Program-made: the position numbers and the translations under genes
In this document: piece by piece, positions 37,134-47,019 of the stretch
How the letters are laid out: each line of letters starts with the position of its first letter
Position numbering within the stretch: the stretch's first letter is position 1
Notes under the pieces: generated by a model
Databases searched by the model: none
Told to the model about the DNA's origin: nothing
The model's input: the letters and a program-made list of their open reading frames with translations, nothing else
Assembly: GCA_963662265.2 (NCBI GenBank)
Contig: CAXXHA010000009.1
Coordinates: 1-59,322 of the forward strand
Direction: 5' to 3'
Origin: Spirochaetia bacterium
GTDB taxonomy: Bacteria; Spirochaetota; Spirochaetia; CADAEX01
Length of the DNA stretch: 59,322 nucleotides

Positions 37134-38009
37134 ATGGATGCGTATATGGAAAAAAACTGTAAAAAACTCTTTTTATTATCTGTTTTTCTTTTAACATGCA
37201 GCTTTTTGTTTTCAGATATACAGAAAATAAAATATTTTCAGGTAGACAGTGACTATTCATACCAGATTGATCTCCTGAAACTCATACTGGAGAAAACAAA
37301 AGATGAATTCGGAGAAGCAAAGGCTGTCACAGTTAATACAAAAATGACAATGGAACGGGGATTATCAGCTCTCGAAAAAGATTCAGGTGTTGATATTGCC
37401 TTCATGCCTGCAAACAGGGATTATGAGAAGACTTTCAGGGCTGTGAAATTTCCAATCATGCAGGGGCTTCTTGGTTTCAATGTTTTCATGATAAAAGAGG
37501 AAAAAGTCCCTGAATTCAACTCGGTAAACATTCTCCTTGAACTCAACAGGAAAATGACTGCAGGGTTCGGAAAGAATAAAACTGGAATAGAAATTCTAAG
37601 GCATAACAGAATACCTCTGGATGACTCTGAATATATAAACGAAAAACTCTATAAAATGCTTGATTCAGGTAGTTTTGATTACCTGCCGGTGGGTTTATGT
37701 GAAGCATGGCCGGAGCTTGTAAAACTCAGAAAGAAGTATCCCGGGCTGACTATTGACAGAAAAAGCGGTTTTTACTACCCCTGCCCTGTTTACTTCTTTG
37801 TAAACAAAGATAATAAATACATGGCCGGAAGAATCAGGAAAGGGCTTGAGACTGTTTATTCAGACGGTTCAATGAAGGAACTTTTTTTCAGTCACTTTAA
37901 AAATGTCACGGAACAGGCAGAACCGGAAAGAAGGAACTATTTCAGGCTGGAAAATCCAATGCTTTCTGAAAACACACCTGATCCTGATACTTCATGGTGG
38001 AAAAAGTAA
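37134..38009 (+). CDS. Periplasmic substrate-binding-like protein (type 2 PBP fold)
   Basis: Signal peptide, FPIMQGLLGF, LYKMLDSGSFDYLP and YPCPVYFFVNK. Confidence 0.75.
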   Translation: MDAYMEKNCKKLFLLSVFLLTCSFLFSDIQKIKYFQVDSDYSYQIDLLKLILEKTKDEFGEAKAVTVNTKMTMERGLSALEKDSGVDIAFMPANRDYEKTFRAVKFPIMQGLLGFNVFMIKEEKVPEFNSVNILLELNRKMTAGFGKNKTGIEILRHNRIPLDDSEYINEKLYKMLDSGSFDYLPVGLCEAWPELVKLRKKYPGLTIDRKSGFYYPCPVYFFVNKDNKYMAGRIRKGLETVYSDGSMKELFFSHFKNVTEQAEPERRNYFRLENPMLSENTPDPDTSWWKK

Positions 38010-38019
38010 AATATCAGGT

Positions 38020-38433
38020 TTATTTAATCCCTGTAATTTCTATCTCTTTCTTAAACGGGTTACCTGTTTCTCTGATCCTGCCGGTGACAGTAACAGTCTT
38101 TCCAAGATATTCTTCAAGCTCAGAAGCTGATTCTGCATCTGGATAATAGCTTACCCGTGATTTAGATGATGGATTTTCCACTATTGATATTCTGTTCCTG
38201 AATCCCCTCTCAACAAGGCCGGTTATTTCCATATCTTCTGTACATATCCCGGCTGGAGGCAAACCTGAAGACTCATTATCAGCTGATTCAAAAACTGAAT
38301 TACTATCCTGCATAGATTCTGAACTGATATCTCCCGGAACATCGGTTTTTTTCTCCTTTTTCCCGAAAGAGAAAACCGGAAAAATGGAAAAAGATAAAAT
38401 CAGCAGTATTATTAATATTTTTTTCATTTTCAT
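38020..38433 (-). CDS. Small exported hypothetical protein (possible OB-fold C-terminus)
   Basis: Signal peptide ending FSFGKKEK, and YLGKTVTVTGRI. Confidence 0.7.
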   Translation of the reverse strand: MKMKKILIILLILSFSIFPVFSFGKKEKKTDVPGDISSESMQDSNSVFESADNESSGLPPAGICTEDMEITGLVERGFRNRISIVENPSSKSRVSYYPDAESASELEEYLGKTVTVTGRIRETGNPFKKEIEITGIK

Positions 38434-38449
38434 TCCTACCGTTGTTTTA

Positions 38450-39943
38450 TTAATAAGAATCAGGAGGATAGTCGTTTAAAGGATCATACCAGCTTTCAAG
38501 AAGCTCCTTCCATGTTTCCACAGTATCGGATAGTGATCCTGTATTACAGAAATCAAGTTTACCATAGAGAAAATTACTTCCAAGAATTGCCTGAGTATCC
38601 TTGTTTGTATACCACCACTGAAAACGGTATTCAATCTCAGTCTGACTAGATAATGTTACTTCCCTGTTCCCCTCGGGAAGGAAAAAAGCAAGACCGTTTT
38701 TGCCATCTTCATAACCCGGATAGCTACTCCCCCCCCAGGATTTAACAACGCATTCATCTACAGATATTTTAAGATTATCAGCTGCAGTTGTTATAGATGA
38801 AGATGAAGAAAAACCGCTGTAAGATGAAACACGAGAGGCAAAATCATAAAGGTCAAAGTGGGGATTATTCACCCATTCATAATCACTGTCTTCATTGAAA
38901 TATTCAAGAGTATTGGAATTCTGATAACTTCCCCTGATCGCATCAATATCAGTTCTTTTATCCACCAATAATGCAGAAAGAGCATCAAGTTTACCTTTTA
39001 CATCCTCAATTCTGGAAAGATCATATGCAGCCATTGTTTCATTAGAATATGAACTGAATTCCCTCTTATGTTCAACAACAATAGCCTTTGACATGGTAAT
39101 TGCCGGATTATTAAAGCCGTCCTCAGAAGCGCCTGTAAAGCAGTTCAGGATCCTGTCATATTCCCAGCCGTCACCCTGTACATTTGCTGCTGATGCAGAC
39201 ATTGCCTCGGCACTGAAATCCCCTGTACCGGGTCTGTATTCATACGCAACTTCAGCCATCCCCATTAGACAGGCATCAAAACCAAGAAAATCAACATTTT
39301 CAGTATCTGTAAGAATATCCTTGATTTCCCCTATATACAATGCATCACTGCCATCTGTATCATCCCAGCAGATTGCCTTGGGCAGTGTCAGATAATCATA
39401 ATCAATGAAATTAAACCTCTCAGACCCCTTAACGCCGCCTCCATGATTCCATAATATAAGTGCATAATTATCAGAAGGATAATTTGTTTTACAGTATGAG
39501 ATAAAATCTTTTAGGTTATCAGCATCGCCCATATTTACTTCTGCCATATCATCAAGAAGCTCAGATCTTATTCTTGCATCTCCTGTTACAGAATCCGGTT
39601 TTATCTTATATCTTCTTGTATTTTCCCAGTCATCCTCGCCGTCATATCCGCCAGAGAGATAGCCTGAGGTCCTGTCAATCTGGACAATAACAGATATATT
39701 ATTCTCAACAGAAGAATTTCTCCTGATTGCATTATAAAGTCCGAATTCCATCTCATTAAAGTCATTTAACGCTGCTGGTTCCAGGTTGTTATCGCCATCA
39801 AGCCATACCATTATTGTCCACTTGCCGGGAACTGTGATTATCGGGTCATCAAGGTATCTGTCACCTGAAGCTCCGGTATCACAGGAACTTAGCAGGAAAG
39901 ATAGAAATATTATAAATATATTGAACAGTGTAATTCTTTTCAC
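38450..39943 (-). CDS. Clostripain-family (C11) cysteine peptidase lipoprotein
   Basis: Lipobox LLSSC, WTIMVWLDGDNNLE, EVNMGD, catalytic His in WNHGGG and catalytic Cys in FDACLMG. Confidence 0.92.
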   Translation of the reverse strand: MKRITLFNIFIIFLSFLLSSCDTGASGDRYLDDPIITVPGKWTIMVWLDGDNNLEPAALNDFNEMEFGLYNAIRRNSSVENNISVIVQIDRTSGYLSGGYDGEDDWENTRRYKIKPDSVTGDARIRSELLDDMAEVNMGDADNLKDFISYCKTNYPSDNYALILWNHGGGVKGSERFNFIDYDYLTLPKAICWDDTDGSDALYIGEIKDILTDTENVDFLGFDACLMGMAEVAYEYRPGTGDFSAEAMSASAANVQGDGWEYDRILNCFTGASEDGFNNPAITMSKAIVVEHKREFSSYSNETMAAYDLSRIEDVKGKLDALSALLVDKRTDIDAIRGSYQNSNTLEYFNEDSDYEWVNNPHFDLYDFASRVSSYSGFSSSSSITTAADNLKISVDECVVKSWGGSSYPGYEDGKNGLAFFLPEGNREVTLSSQTEIEYRFQWWYTNKDTQAILGSNFLYGKLDFCNTGSLSDTVETWKELLESWYDPLNDYPPDSY

Positions 39944-40115
39944 TACATCCCCTGATTACAAGTGTCTTTAATTATATAAAGATACACATCATAAAAATAG
40001 TATTATAATAAATAGTAGCACAGATAGAAGTAATTAAGAACCAGCAAAAATTATATTGCTTTTCAAACAACAGAGGGAATTTTCCCCTGTCCATCTTATC
40101 TGAACCTGATGAGTC

Positions 40116-40124
40116 TGTTATAAT
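40116..40124 (+). promoter_or_regulatory. Extended -10 promoter for the SSS transporter
   Basis: TG-T-TATAAT about 30 nt upstream of the ATG, followed by a GGAG SD. Confidence 0.5.
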
Positions 40125-40155
40125 TAAATCAGATTTTTCCCCCGGAGATAAAAAA

Positions 40156-41550
40156 ATGACTATTTTAATTATTTATCTGCTGTTCCTTCTGACTATAGGT
40201 ATCATGGATTTCAAAAAGGTTAAGAGTTTTAATGACTATGTACTTGCCGGAAGAAAACAGAGTCTGATAATTGTAACAATCAGCCTCATGGCGTCAATGA
40301 TTGGCAGCGGTTCAACAATGGGACTTGCAGACAAGACATTTGCAAAAGGATTTCCCGCAATCTGGTTTCTTGCAGTGGGTGGAATAGGTCTTATCCTTCA
40401 GGCAATTTTCCTTTCAGAAAAGGTAAGAGCATCGGAAGCTGTAACACTACCCGATCTTGCTGAAAAAACAATGGGAAATAATACCAGAATACTTGTTGCA
40501 TTTATCATTACTGTTACATGGATAGGAATAATTGCAGCACAGTTCATCGCAGCAGGGAAAATAATAACCGCACTCACAGGTCTTGATGCATTCTGGGTTC
40601 TGACTCTGGCAGCAGCAGTTATTGTTATTTATTCATACCTGGGAGGACAGGCTTCAATCCTGAAAACAGACTTCCTCCAGTTCACAATACTGTTTATAGC
40701 TGTAGTTTTTACAGTTATGTTTCTCTATTCTGTAAAACCTCCTGCACCCGGTGCAGTTAAAGTTGAACTTTTAAATCAGTATTTTACCGGAAGAGACCTG
40801 TTCTTTTATCTTACAGTTGTTATGGGATCATACTTTATATGTCCAATGATGTTCAGCCGTCTTTTAACTGCAAAAACACCTGTAACTGCAAGGAAATCAA
40901 GTTTTATTGCAGGTTTCGGAGTTCTCATTTTTGCAGTAATGATTGTACTGATCGGACTGTGGGGTAAATCAAGTATTGAGGATCCAGGAAGAGCAGGTGT
41001 AATATCATGGATATTTGTAAATGAACTTCCCAAAGCAGGGGGTATAATCCTTATACTGGGTATTCTTTCCGCAATTATCTCTACTACAGATACATGCCTT
41101 TTAATGACTTCAAGCATTATAGAACACGATATAATATACCCTCTAACAGGTAAGGGAAGCGAAGATGAGAAAAAATCAGGTGTGAGTCTTACAAGAATGC
41201 TTGTCCTTGTTCTCGGACTGCTCGGCTACCTTACTGCATTATGGGGCAACTGGGACATTATAGGTCTCCTCCTTGAAGCTTTCGAATTCTATACTGCCGG
41301 AATTGTTCCTGCAATGTTTATAGCACTCCTTGTAATAAACAGAAAAACGCTTGATCCTAAGTGGTCTTTCTATGCTGTTCTTGCCGGGGGGATTTTCGGC
41401 ATCATGCCTAAAATAACACCTCTTATAAATATTCTGAGCAGCGCAATACCGGGTTTCTGGGTTAAGTCTCTTCCTGTAACAGGAATGGCCCTGTCTCTTA
41501 TACTGGCATTGATTGCATCAGCAAAAGGAAAAGAAAAAACAGCTGTATAG
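40156..41550 (+). CDS. Sodium:solute symporter (SSS) family transporter
   Basis: DYVLAGR, ASMIGSGSTMG, YSYLGG...TDFLQ and SAIISTTDT; about 13 TM segments. Confidence 0.92.
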   Translation: MTILIIYLLFLLTIGIMDFKKVKSFNDYVLAGRKQSLIIVTISLMASMIGSGSTMGLADKTFAKGFPAIWFLAVGGIGLILQAIFLSEKVRASEAVTLPDLAEKTMGNNTRILVAFIITVTWIGIIAAQFIAAGKIITALTGLDAFWVLTLAAAVIVIYSYLGGQASILKTDFLQFTILFIAVVFTVMFLYSVKPPAPGAVKVELLNQYFTGRDLFFYLTVVMGSYFICPMMFSRLLTAKTPVTARKSSFIAGFGVLIFAVMIVLIGLWGKSSIEDPGRAGVISWIFVNELPKAGGIILILGILSAIISTTDTCLLMTSSIIEHDIIYPLTGKGSEDEKKSGVSLTRMLVLVLGLLGYLTALWGNWDIIGLLLEAFEFYTAGIVPAMFIALLVINRKTLDPKWSFYAVLAGGIFGIMPKITPLINILSSAIPGFWVKSLPVTGMALSLILALIASAKGKEKTAV

Positions 41551-41601
41551 AAAATATTATGCAGTAAGCAATAATCTGATCTTTATTCAGGACTTAATAA
41601 C

Positions 41602-41637
41602 AGCCCTTTCAGGATATACCTCTGAGAGGGTTTTTTT
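41602..41637 (+). terminator. Rho-independent terminator after the SSS gene
   Basis: AGCCCTTTCAG...CTGAGAGGGTT stem followed by a T run. Confidence 0.8.
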
Positions 41638-41682
41638 ATAATTACTTGATACAACAGAACATACAGTGATCATCATTTGACT

Positions 41683-41785
41683 GGACATGTCCCCCGCCCG
41701 CTTAGACATGTCTATTTTTTTTCCTGTTTTTTTTCCTTCTTACAGGCTCTCAAGTATTGACCTTCATCATTTAACCTCATAGGAT
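41683..41785 (+). promoter_or_regulatory. MCP promoter with two upstream GACATGTC palindromes
   Basis: GGACATGTCC (41683-41692) and TAGACATGTCTA (41703-41714); TTGACC, 17 nt, TAGGAT at 41757-41785. Confidence 0.5.
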
Positions 41786-41840
41786 AATTTAAATAAATAT
41801 TTTTTTACTTATTCACTATATAACTGAACAGGATGTATTT

Positions 41841-43703
41841 ATGAAACAGAAAAATATCAGGCACTACATGTTATTCAATGTTGGACTTCCAGTTATAACA
41901 GGATATATTTTCTTTTTTCTCTCGCTCAATTTCATTCTTTCTTCACAGAACATGCTCTGGCTTTCAGAAGCTGAAACTCTTTTCATTGAAAAATACCGTC
42001 AGGAATTAAAGAGCACTACCGAGATAGCAGCAGGAATTATTGAAACAGTATATTCAGATAATGAAATGTCTGATGAAGAAAAATTATCCCTTTCAAGAAG
42101 ATTGGTTCGTCCCCTCCGCTTCGGAGAAGAAGGATACTTCTATGTATATGAAAAAGGAAATGGAATAAATGTAATTCACGGATCAAAACAATCTCTTGAA
42201 GGAAAAAACCTGTGGGATATGCAGGATCCTGAAAAAACCCAGTTTATCATAAGGGAACTGGACAGGACTGCTGAAAACAACTCGATGTTTCATGAGTTCT
42301 ACTGGACCAAATTGAATTCTGACAAGTTGTATCACAAACTCGGAACAGCACTGGCTATTCCAGGTACAGATATGTGGATTGGAACCGGAGCATATACAGA
42401 TGATATGAACCATGAACTTGCCATAATAAAAACCAGTATTAACAAGAAAATCAATAATTTTGAAACACTTATATTTTCAATACTGTTTGTTGTTGCCTTT
42501 ATTTCACTTTTTTTCATTATCAAGCTTTCCGGTAATCTCGCCCGCCCTGTAATTGATCTCAGAAATCTGCTGAATAAAAGCAGTGGTAAAGATTTTACAC
42601 AGAGAGGTAATTACAGCGAAAAACGTAAATGCCGGGAAATTCAGGAACTTTACAATGCAATAAATTCCTTATTTGATGAATTTTCAAAAGTTGTTATTCA
42701 TACAAAGGAAAATACAAATTCCGCCCTAAACATGAGCAAACAGCTTTCCATGATATCTGCCTCATCAAATAAAAATGTCAATGAGATGAACAGCAAGCTT
42801 TCCAGGCTTTCCAGTGAAGCAGACAGGCTCCACGATAATATAGGCAGTTCTTTTGAAACAACAAAGGAATTTCAGAATTTCATCAGCAATGTAGACCTGC
42901 TTATAACTGACCAGGCTGCAGCGCTTGAAGAATCAACTTCTGCAGTGGAACAGATGATAAGTTCCATAAACAGCCTTGCAAAAGGAACAGAAAAGAGAAA
43001 TAACATTGCCCAGAAACTTTCTGAAACATCAAAGAAAGGAAAAGAGGATATGAAAGCATCAATATCCAATATGCAGGCAATAAGCAAAGCAACAGAAGAA
43101 ATCAGCAATATGATAAATATAATCAATGATTTATCTGAACAGACCAATCTTCTTTCAATGAATGCAGCGATTGAAGCTGCACATGCAGGATCTTCTGGAG
43201 GAGGTTTTGCCGTTATTTCAAAGGAAATCAGGGCATTATCAATTAATTCATCAAAAAATGCAAAAATCATTTCAGATTCGCTTCAGTCAATAACAGCACA
43301 GATCAAGGAAAATGAAGTAATGACAACTGTGAGCGGAGAATACTTCGAAGCCATGGCTGACAGTATAAATGAAATATCTGAGGGACTCATGATTACACGG
43401 AACGCAACCCATGAAATTGCAGCAGGAGGACACCAGCTTATTGATGCAATCCATACGCTAAGGGAAATGAGTATCCGTGTTTCCAATTCATCATCAATGA
43501 TCAAGGAAAAAATCAACGAGATAAGCGGGACATTCGGAAATATCAAGGATATTGCAAAGATGACAAACACTGAACTTGCAAATGTTGTATCTGATCTTGT
43601 CAGCATTGCAGGAGACATGGAGGAACTTGCGAAGTCTGGAACAGAAAATGAGGAAAGTCTTAATTACCTTGAAGAAAGTCTTTCAATGTTCAGGGTTAAA
43701 TAA
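41841..43703 (+). CDS. Methyl-accepting chemotaxis protein with a periplasmic single Cache (sCache_2-like) domain
   Basis: Two TM segments flank LRFGEEGYFYVY...LEGKNLWDMQD; signalling hairpin QTNLLSMNAAIEAAHAG...GFAVISKEIRALS. Confidence 0.93.
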   Translation: MKQKNIRHYMLFNVGLPVITGYIFFFLSLNFILSSQNMLWLSEAETLFIEKYRQELKSTTEIAAGIIETVYSDNEMSDEEKLSLSRRLVRPLRFGEEGYFYVYEKGNGINVIHGSKQSLEGKNLWDMQDPEKTQFIIRELDRTAENNSMFHEFYWTKLNSDKLYHKLGTALAIPGTDMWIGTGAYTDDMNHELAIIKTSINKKINNFETLIFSILFVVAFISLFFIIKLSGNLARPVIDLRNLLNKSSGKDFTQRGNYSEKRKCREIQELYNAINSLFDEFSKVVIHTKENTNSALNMSKQLSMISASSNKNVNEMNSKLSRLSSEADRLHDNIGSSFETTKEFQNFISNVDLLITDQAAALEESTSAVEQMISSINSLAKGTEKRNNIAQKLSETSKKGKEDMKASISNMQAISKATEEISNMINIINDLSEQTNLLSMNAAIEAAHAGSSGGGFAVISKEIRALSINSSKNAKIISDSLQSITAQIKENEVMTTVSGEYFEAMADSINEISEGLMITRNATHEIAAGGHQLIDAIHTLREMSIRVSNSSSMIKEKINEISGTFGNIKDIAKMTNTELANVVSDLVSIAGDMEELAKSGTENEESLNYLEESLSMFRVK

Positions 43704-43734
43704 TTGTTTTAACAATAACGTGATGAGACAGTAT

Positions 43735-44853
43735 TCAGATCCTCATCACGTTATCAAGAACAGTAAATGCCTGTTCAAGAAGATCTGTATCTGCCTGGTT
43801 ACCCATGTGACCGAAACGGAATACTTTTCCTGAAAGACCTGCAAGACCCCCTGCACATGAAAGCCCCTCTCTTTTCAGCTGCTTTATTAAAAGCCTGCCA
43901 TCCACCCCTTCAGGAACCCTGACAGATGTGACTGTGGGAGACATAACTGCAGAATCACAGGGATAAAGAATATATCCCCTTTTTTTCAATTCATTCCTGC
44001 AGAAAGATGCTGCTTTTTCATGTCGGCTGAAAACAGCGTCAAGCCCTTCATCAAACAGAAGATCAACAGCCTTGTTCAGAGCAGCAACCCCGTGCCAGTG
44101 AGGTGTATATGGGAATTTCGCCTTTTCATCAATATTCCGGAAGGGAAGAAGCTCATCATACCCCTGGTATTTTACATCTTCTATAATTTCCCATGCAGCA
44201 TTGCTTACTGAAAGAAAACATTCTCCCGGTGTTGAGGAAAGGCATTTCTGAGCACCGCAGACAAGAAGATCTATATGCCATTTATCTACTTCAACAGGAG
44301 TCCCGCCGAGGGACGCAACTGCATCAACATAAAAAAGAGGGATACCGAGTTCTTTCTTGAGCCTCCCCAGGCCTTCCAGAGGGTTCAGTGTTCCTGAAGG
44401 TGTATCACAGTGAACAGCTGTAACCATGAGAGGTTTTTCTTTTTCAAGTATTTTTCCAATTTCTGCAAGATTATCGATTGTTGTATCATAGGGCTGCTCA
44501 ATACGGGTAACTTCTGCGCCTAAAGATTCCGCCATCTGGGCAATTCCATCGGCAAAAACCCCTGTTATAACAGAAACAACCTTATCACCCGGCCTGATTG
44601 TATTTTTGAGTCCTGCCCACAGGGCAAGCATTGCCTCCCCTGTCATCAGTACAACATCACTTTCAGTACCCATCAGGGATGCAAGTTTTGATGATGTATC
44701 GCTGTAAAGCAATCTGTATTCATCATCAAGGTTTCCGTTACCGTAATCAGCCCCTGCAAGATATCCCACTTCGGGATCCAGCGATACAGGCCCCGGAAGC
44801 ATCGGCACTCTGCAGTAAGTTTTATAGTTTTTATTGTCGCCAATTTTATACAT
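43735..44853 (-). CDS. PLP-dependent class V aminotransferase (alanine-glyoxylate/PucG-like)
   Basis: MLPGPV, VHCDTPSG, VDAVASLGG, GAQKCLS (PLP Lys) and FRFGHMG. Confidence 0.92.
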   Translation of the reverse strand: MYKIGDNKNYKTYCRVPMLPGPVSLDPEVGYLAGADYGNGNLDDEYRLLYSDTSSKLASLMGTESDVVLMTGEAMLALWAGLKNTIRPGDKVVSVITGVFADGIAQMAESLGAEVTRIEQPYDTTIDNLAEIGKILEKEKPLMVTAVHCDTPSGTLNPLEGLGRLKKELGIPLFYVDAVASLGGTPVEVDKWHIDLLVCGAQKCLSSTPGECFLSVSNAAWEIIEDVKYQGYDELLPFRNIDEKAKFPYTPHWHGVAALNKAVDLLFDEGLDAVFSRHEKAASFCRNELKKRGYILYPCDSAVMSPTVTSVRVPEGVDGRLLIKQLKREGLSCAGGLAGLSGKVFRFGHMGNQADTDLLEQAFTVLDNVMRI

Positions 44854-44945
44854 TTCTATTCCCCGCTGTATATCCGGATAATTATTGATTTTTTCTAATC
44901 ATACATCATATGCTTGATGCAGTACATCGGAAACAGAGGCTCTTT

Positions 44946-46115
44946 TCATGTAAAATATTTCCGGTAAATCCCCCTGAACTGATCATAGCTGAGGTTTAAA
45001 AGGGAAGCTGCATGCTTCTGATTGTTTCCTGTATCTGAAAGTGCTGATGATATGAGTTCTTTTTTGACAATATCTGTTATTTTATGAAAATCGGCGCCCC
45101 TTTCAGAATTACCAGCCCCTGCAATCAGAGCCTGTATAAGCTTTTTCATGATACTGCCTTCAAAACTGCCTGAAACACAGTCAGCAGAAACCTGGTAAAG
45201 AGAATTATTATCTGAACCGGAATCCAGTTGTGTTTTATCAGCTGCAGGTATAATTTCTCTTTTTCCATCAGTTCCTGTACTGCCTGACTGTTCTGAAGAC
45301 ACCTCTTCATGACTGTCTGATTTTTCAACAGTTATTTCAGTATAGGGATTTACAAACGGGTCGAGAACAACATCCTCGATAACATTGCCTGATGCTCTGT
45401 ATACTGCCCTTTCTACAGTATTTTTCAGCTCCCTTATATTACCGGGCCATCCGTATCCTGTAAGTTTTTCAGCAGCACTGTCAGAAAAGCTTATTCTCCC
45501 CTTCCTGCCAAGCTCCTTGCCCATTTTCTGCGCGAAATGTTCGGCAAGCACTGTTATATCACCCTTCCGGGCCCGGAGAGGCGGTACAAACAGAACTTCA
45601 AAGGAAAGCCTGTCAAGAAGATCCTGCTTGAACTTTCCTTCCCGGCACATAGCGGGAAGATCCTGATTTGCTGCCCCGATAATTCTTACATCAATCTCTT
45701 TTGTTTCAGAACTCCCTACCCTTTCAAAAGTCCCGTACTCGACAACCCTCAGAATCTTTTCCTGTACTTCAAACGGGATAAGACCAATTTCATCGAGAAA
45801 AAGGGTTCCACCGTCAGCCTCTTCAAAACGTCCCTTTCTTTCCCTGTCCGCACCTGTATAGGCACCTTTTACATGGCCGAAAAGTTCAGACTCGATAAGT
45901 GAAGGAGGAAGCGCTGCACAGTTGAGCTTGACAAAGCTGTTGTTCCATCTTGATGACAGATAATGGAGGCGGGAAGCTGCAAATTCCTTTCCCGATCCCC
46001 TTTCTCCGATCAGAAGCACCGACCTGTCAACAGAAGCGGCTCGCCTGAGATTTTCCTGAAAACTGTAGAATTCTTCAGATTCACCAATCTGATTATTATT
46101 AAACATTTCTGCCAT
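44946..46115 (-). CDS. pspF: PspF-type sigma54 enhancer-binding activator
   Basis: No N-terminal regulatory domain; GERGSGKE, ESELFGHVKGAYTGA, GTLFLDE, DLLDRL, WPGNIRELKN and HTH NQKHAASLLNLSYDQFRG. Divergent from pspA. Confidence 0.9.
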   Translation of the reverse strand: MAEMFNNNQIGESEEFYSFQENLRRAASVDRSVLLIGERGSGKEFAASRLHYLSSRWNNSFVKLNCAALPPSLIESELFGHVKGAYTGADRERKGRFEEADGGTLFLDEIGLIPFEVQEKILRVVEYGTFERVGSSETKEIDVRIIGAANQDLPAMCREGKFKQDLLDRLSFEVLFVPPLRARKGDITVLAEHFAQKMGKELGRKGRISFSDSAAEKLTGYGWPGNIRELKNTVERAVYRASGNVIEDVVLDPFVNPYTEITVEKSDSHEEVSSEQSGSTGTDGKREIIPAADKTQLDSGSDNNSLYQVSADCVSGSFEGSIMKKLIQALIAGAGNSERGADFHKITDIVKKELISSALSDTGNNQKHAASLLNLSYDQFRGIYRKYFT

Positions 46116-46181
46116 GGTTTTTTCTACCTCTTACAGGTATTATACACCTTTCTGCGCTTAATTTTAAAGGTTTTAATCACC
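46116..46181. promoter_or_regulatory. Three putative PspF upstream activating sequences
   Basis: GGT-N7-ACC dyads at 46116-46128, 46136-46148 and 46169-46181, about 110-170 nt upstream of the sigma54 promoter. Confidence 0.65.
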
Positions 46182-46288
46182 ATGGAATTAAAGAAAAATC
46201 ATTATCTTATGAGATTTTTATCAACAATGACTTAAAAAATGCTGTTTCACACAGATTCAAGGAAAGAATAGTAATAATTTACAGAAAT

Positions 46289-46304
46289 TGGCACACTTAA
46301 TGCA
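46289..46304 (+). promoter_or_regulatory. sigma54 (-24/-12) promoter of pspA
   Basis: TGGCAC-ACTTA-ATGCA matches the TGGCAC-N5-TTGCW spacing. Confidence 0.85.
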
Positions 46305-46359
46305 TAGATATTATAAAGTCTTTTAAAGGCTTTACACTATTTGTTTAAAGGAGAATCTT

Positions 46360-47019
46360 ATGGGAGTTTTTACAAGATTCAAAGATATAATATCATCTAA
46401 TATCAATGCACTGCTTGATGAAGCTGAAGACCCGAAGAAAATGCTCAGAATGATGATACAGGAGATGGAGGATACTCTTATTGAACTGAAATCATCCTGT
46501 TCCATGAAGATGGCATCAAAAGAGGAGCTTGAGGATGATATTGAAATTGCACAAAACAAGGTTGAAAGATGGGCGGAAAGAGCAAAAAAGGCACTCTCTG
46601 CAGGGGAAGAGGAACTTGCAAGGGAAGCTCTTCTTGAAAAGAGAAAAATAAGCAAAAACCTCGAATATCTCAAGAATGATCTCGAAGAGTATGATAAAAT
46701 CATAGATGAATCAAAAAATGATATAGCAAAACTTCAGAATAAACTTGAAGAAGCTATAATGAAGCATGATATACTTATCGAAAGAAGCAATCATGCAAGG
46801 GACAGAATAAAAGCCCAGAGAGCGGTCAGGAATTCCGAAAGTTCAAAAGCAGGTGAAAGATTCAGAAGATTTGAATCTGCTGTAAGAGATCTTGAAAATG
46901 AAGCATCATTTGACGGGAATGAGGAAAACTGGACTCTTGATCAGAAGTTTGAAAAGATGGAAACTGAGCAGGAGATTCAGTCTGAACTGGACCAGCTCAA
47001 GAAAGAGATTAATGAATAA
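46360..47019 (+). CDS. pspA: Phage shock protein A (PspA/IM30)
   Basis: MGVFTRFKDIISSNINALLDEAEDPKKM, GEEELAREAL and coiled-coil sequence. Confidence 0.95.
   Translation: MGVFTRFKDIISSNINALLDEAEDPKKMLRMMIQEMEDTLIELKSSCSMKMASKEELEDDIEIAQNKVERWAERAKKALSAGEEELAREALLEKRKISKNLEYLKNDLEEYDKIIDESKNDIAKLQNKLEEAIMKHDILIERSNHARDRIKAQRAVRNSESSKAGERFRRFESAVRDLENEASFDGNEENWTLDQKFEKMETEQEIQSELDQLKKEINE

Noticed and set aside
40070-40135. TPP riboswitch or hammerhead ribozyme upstream of the SSS transporter
   Set aside because: GAACCTGAT and CTGATGAG occur, but the CTGAGA element and 3' AGG of TPP and the GAAA core of a hammerhead are missing. The segment overlaps a likely -10 box.
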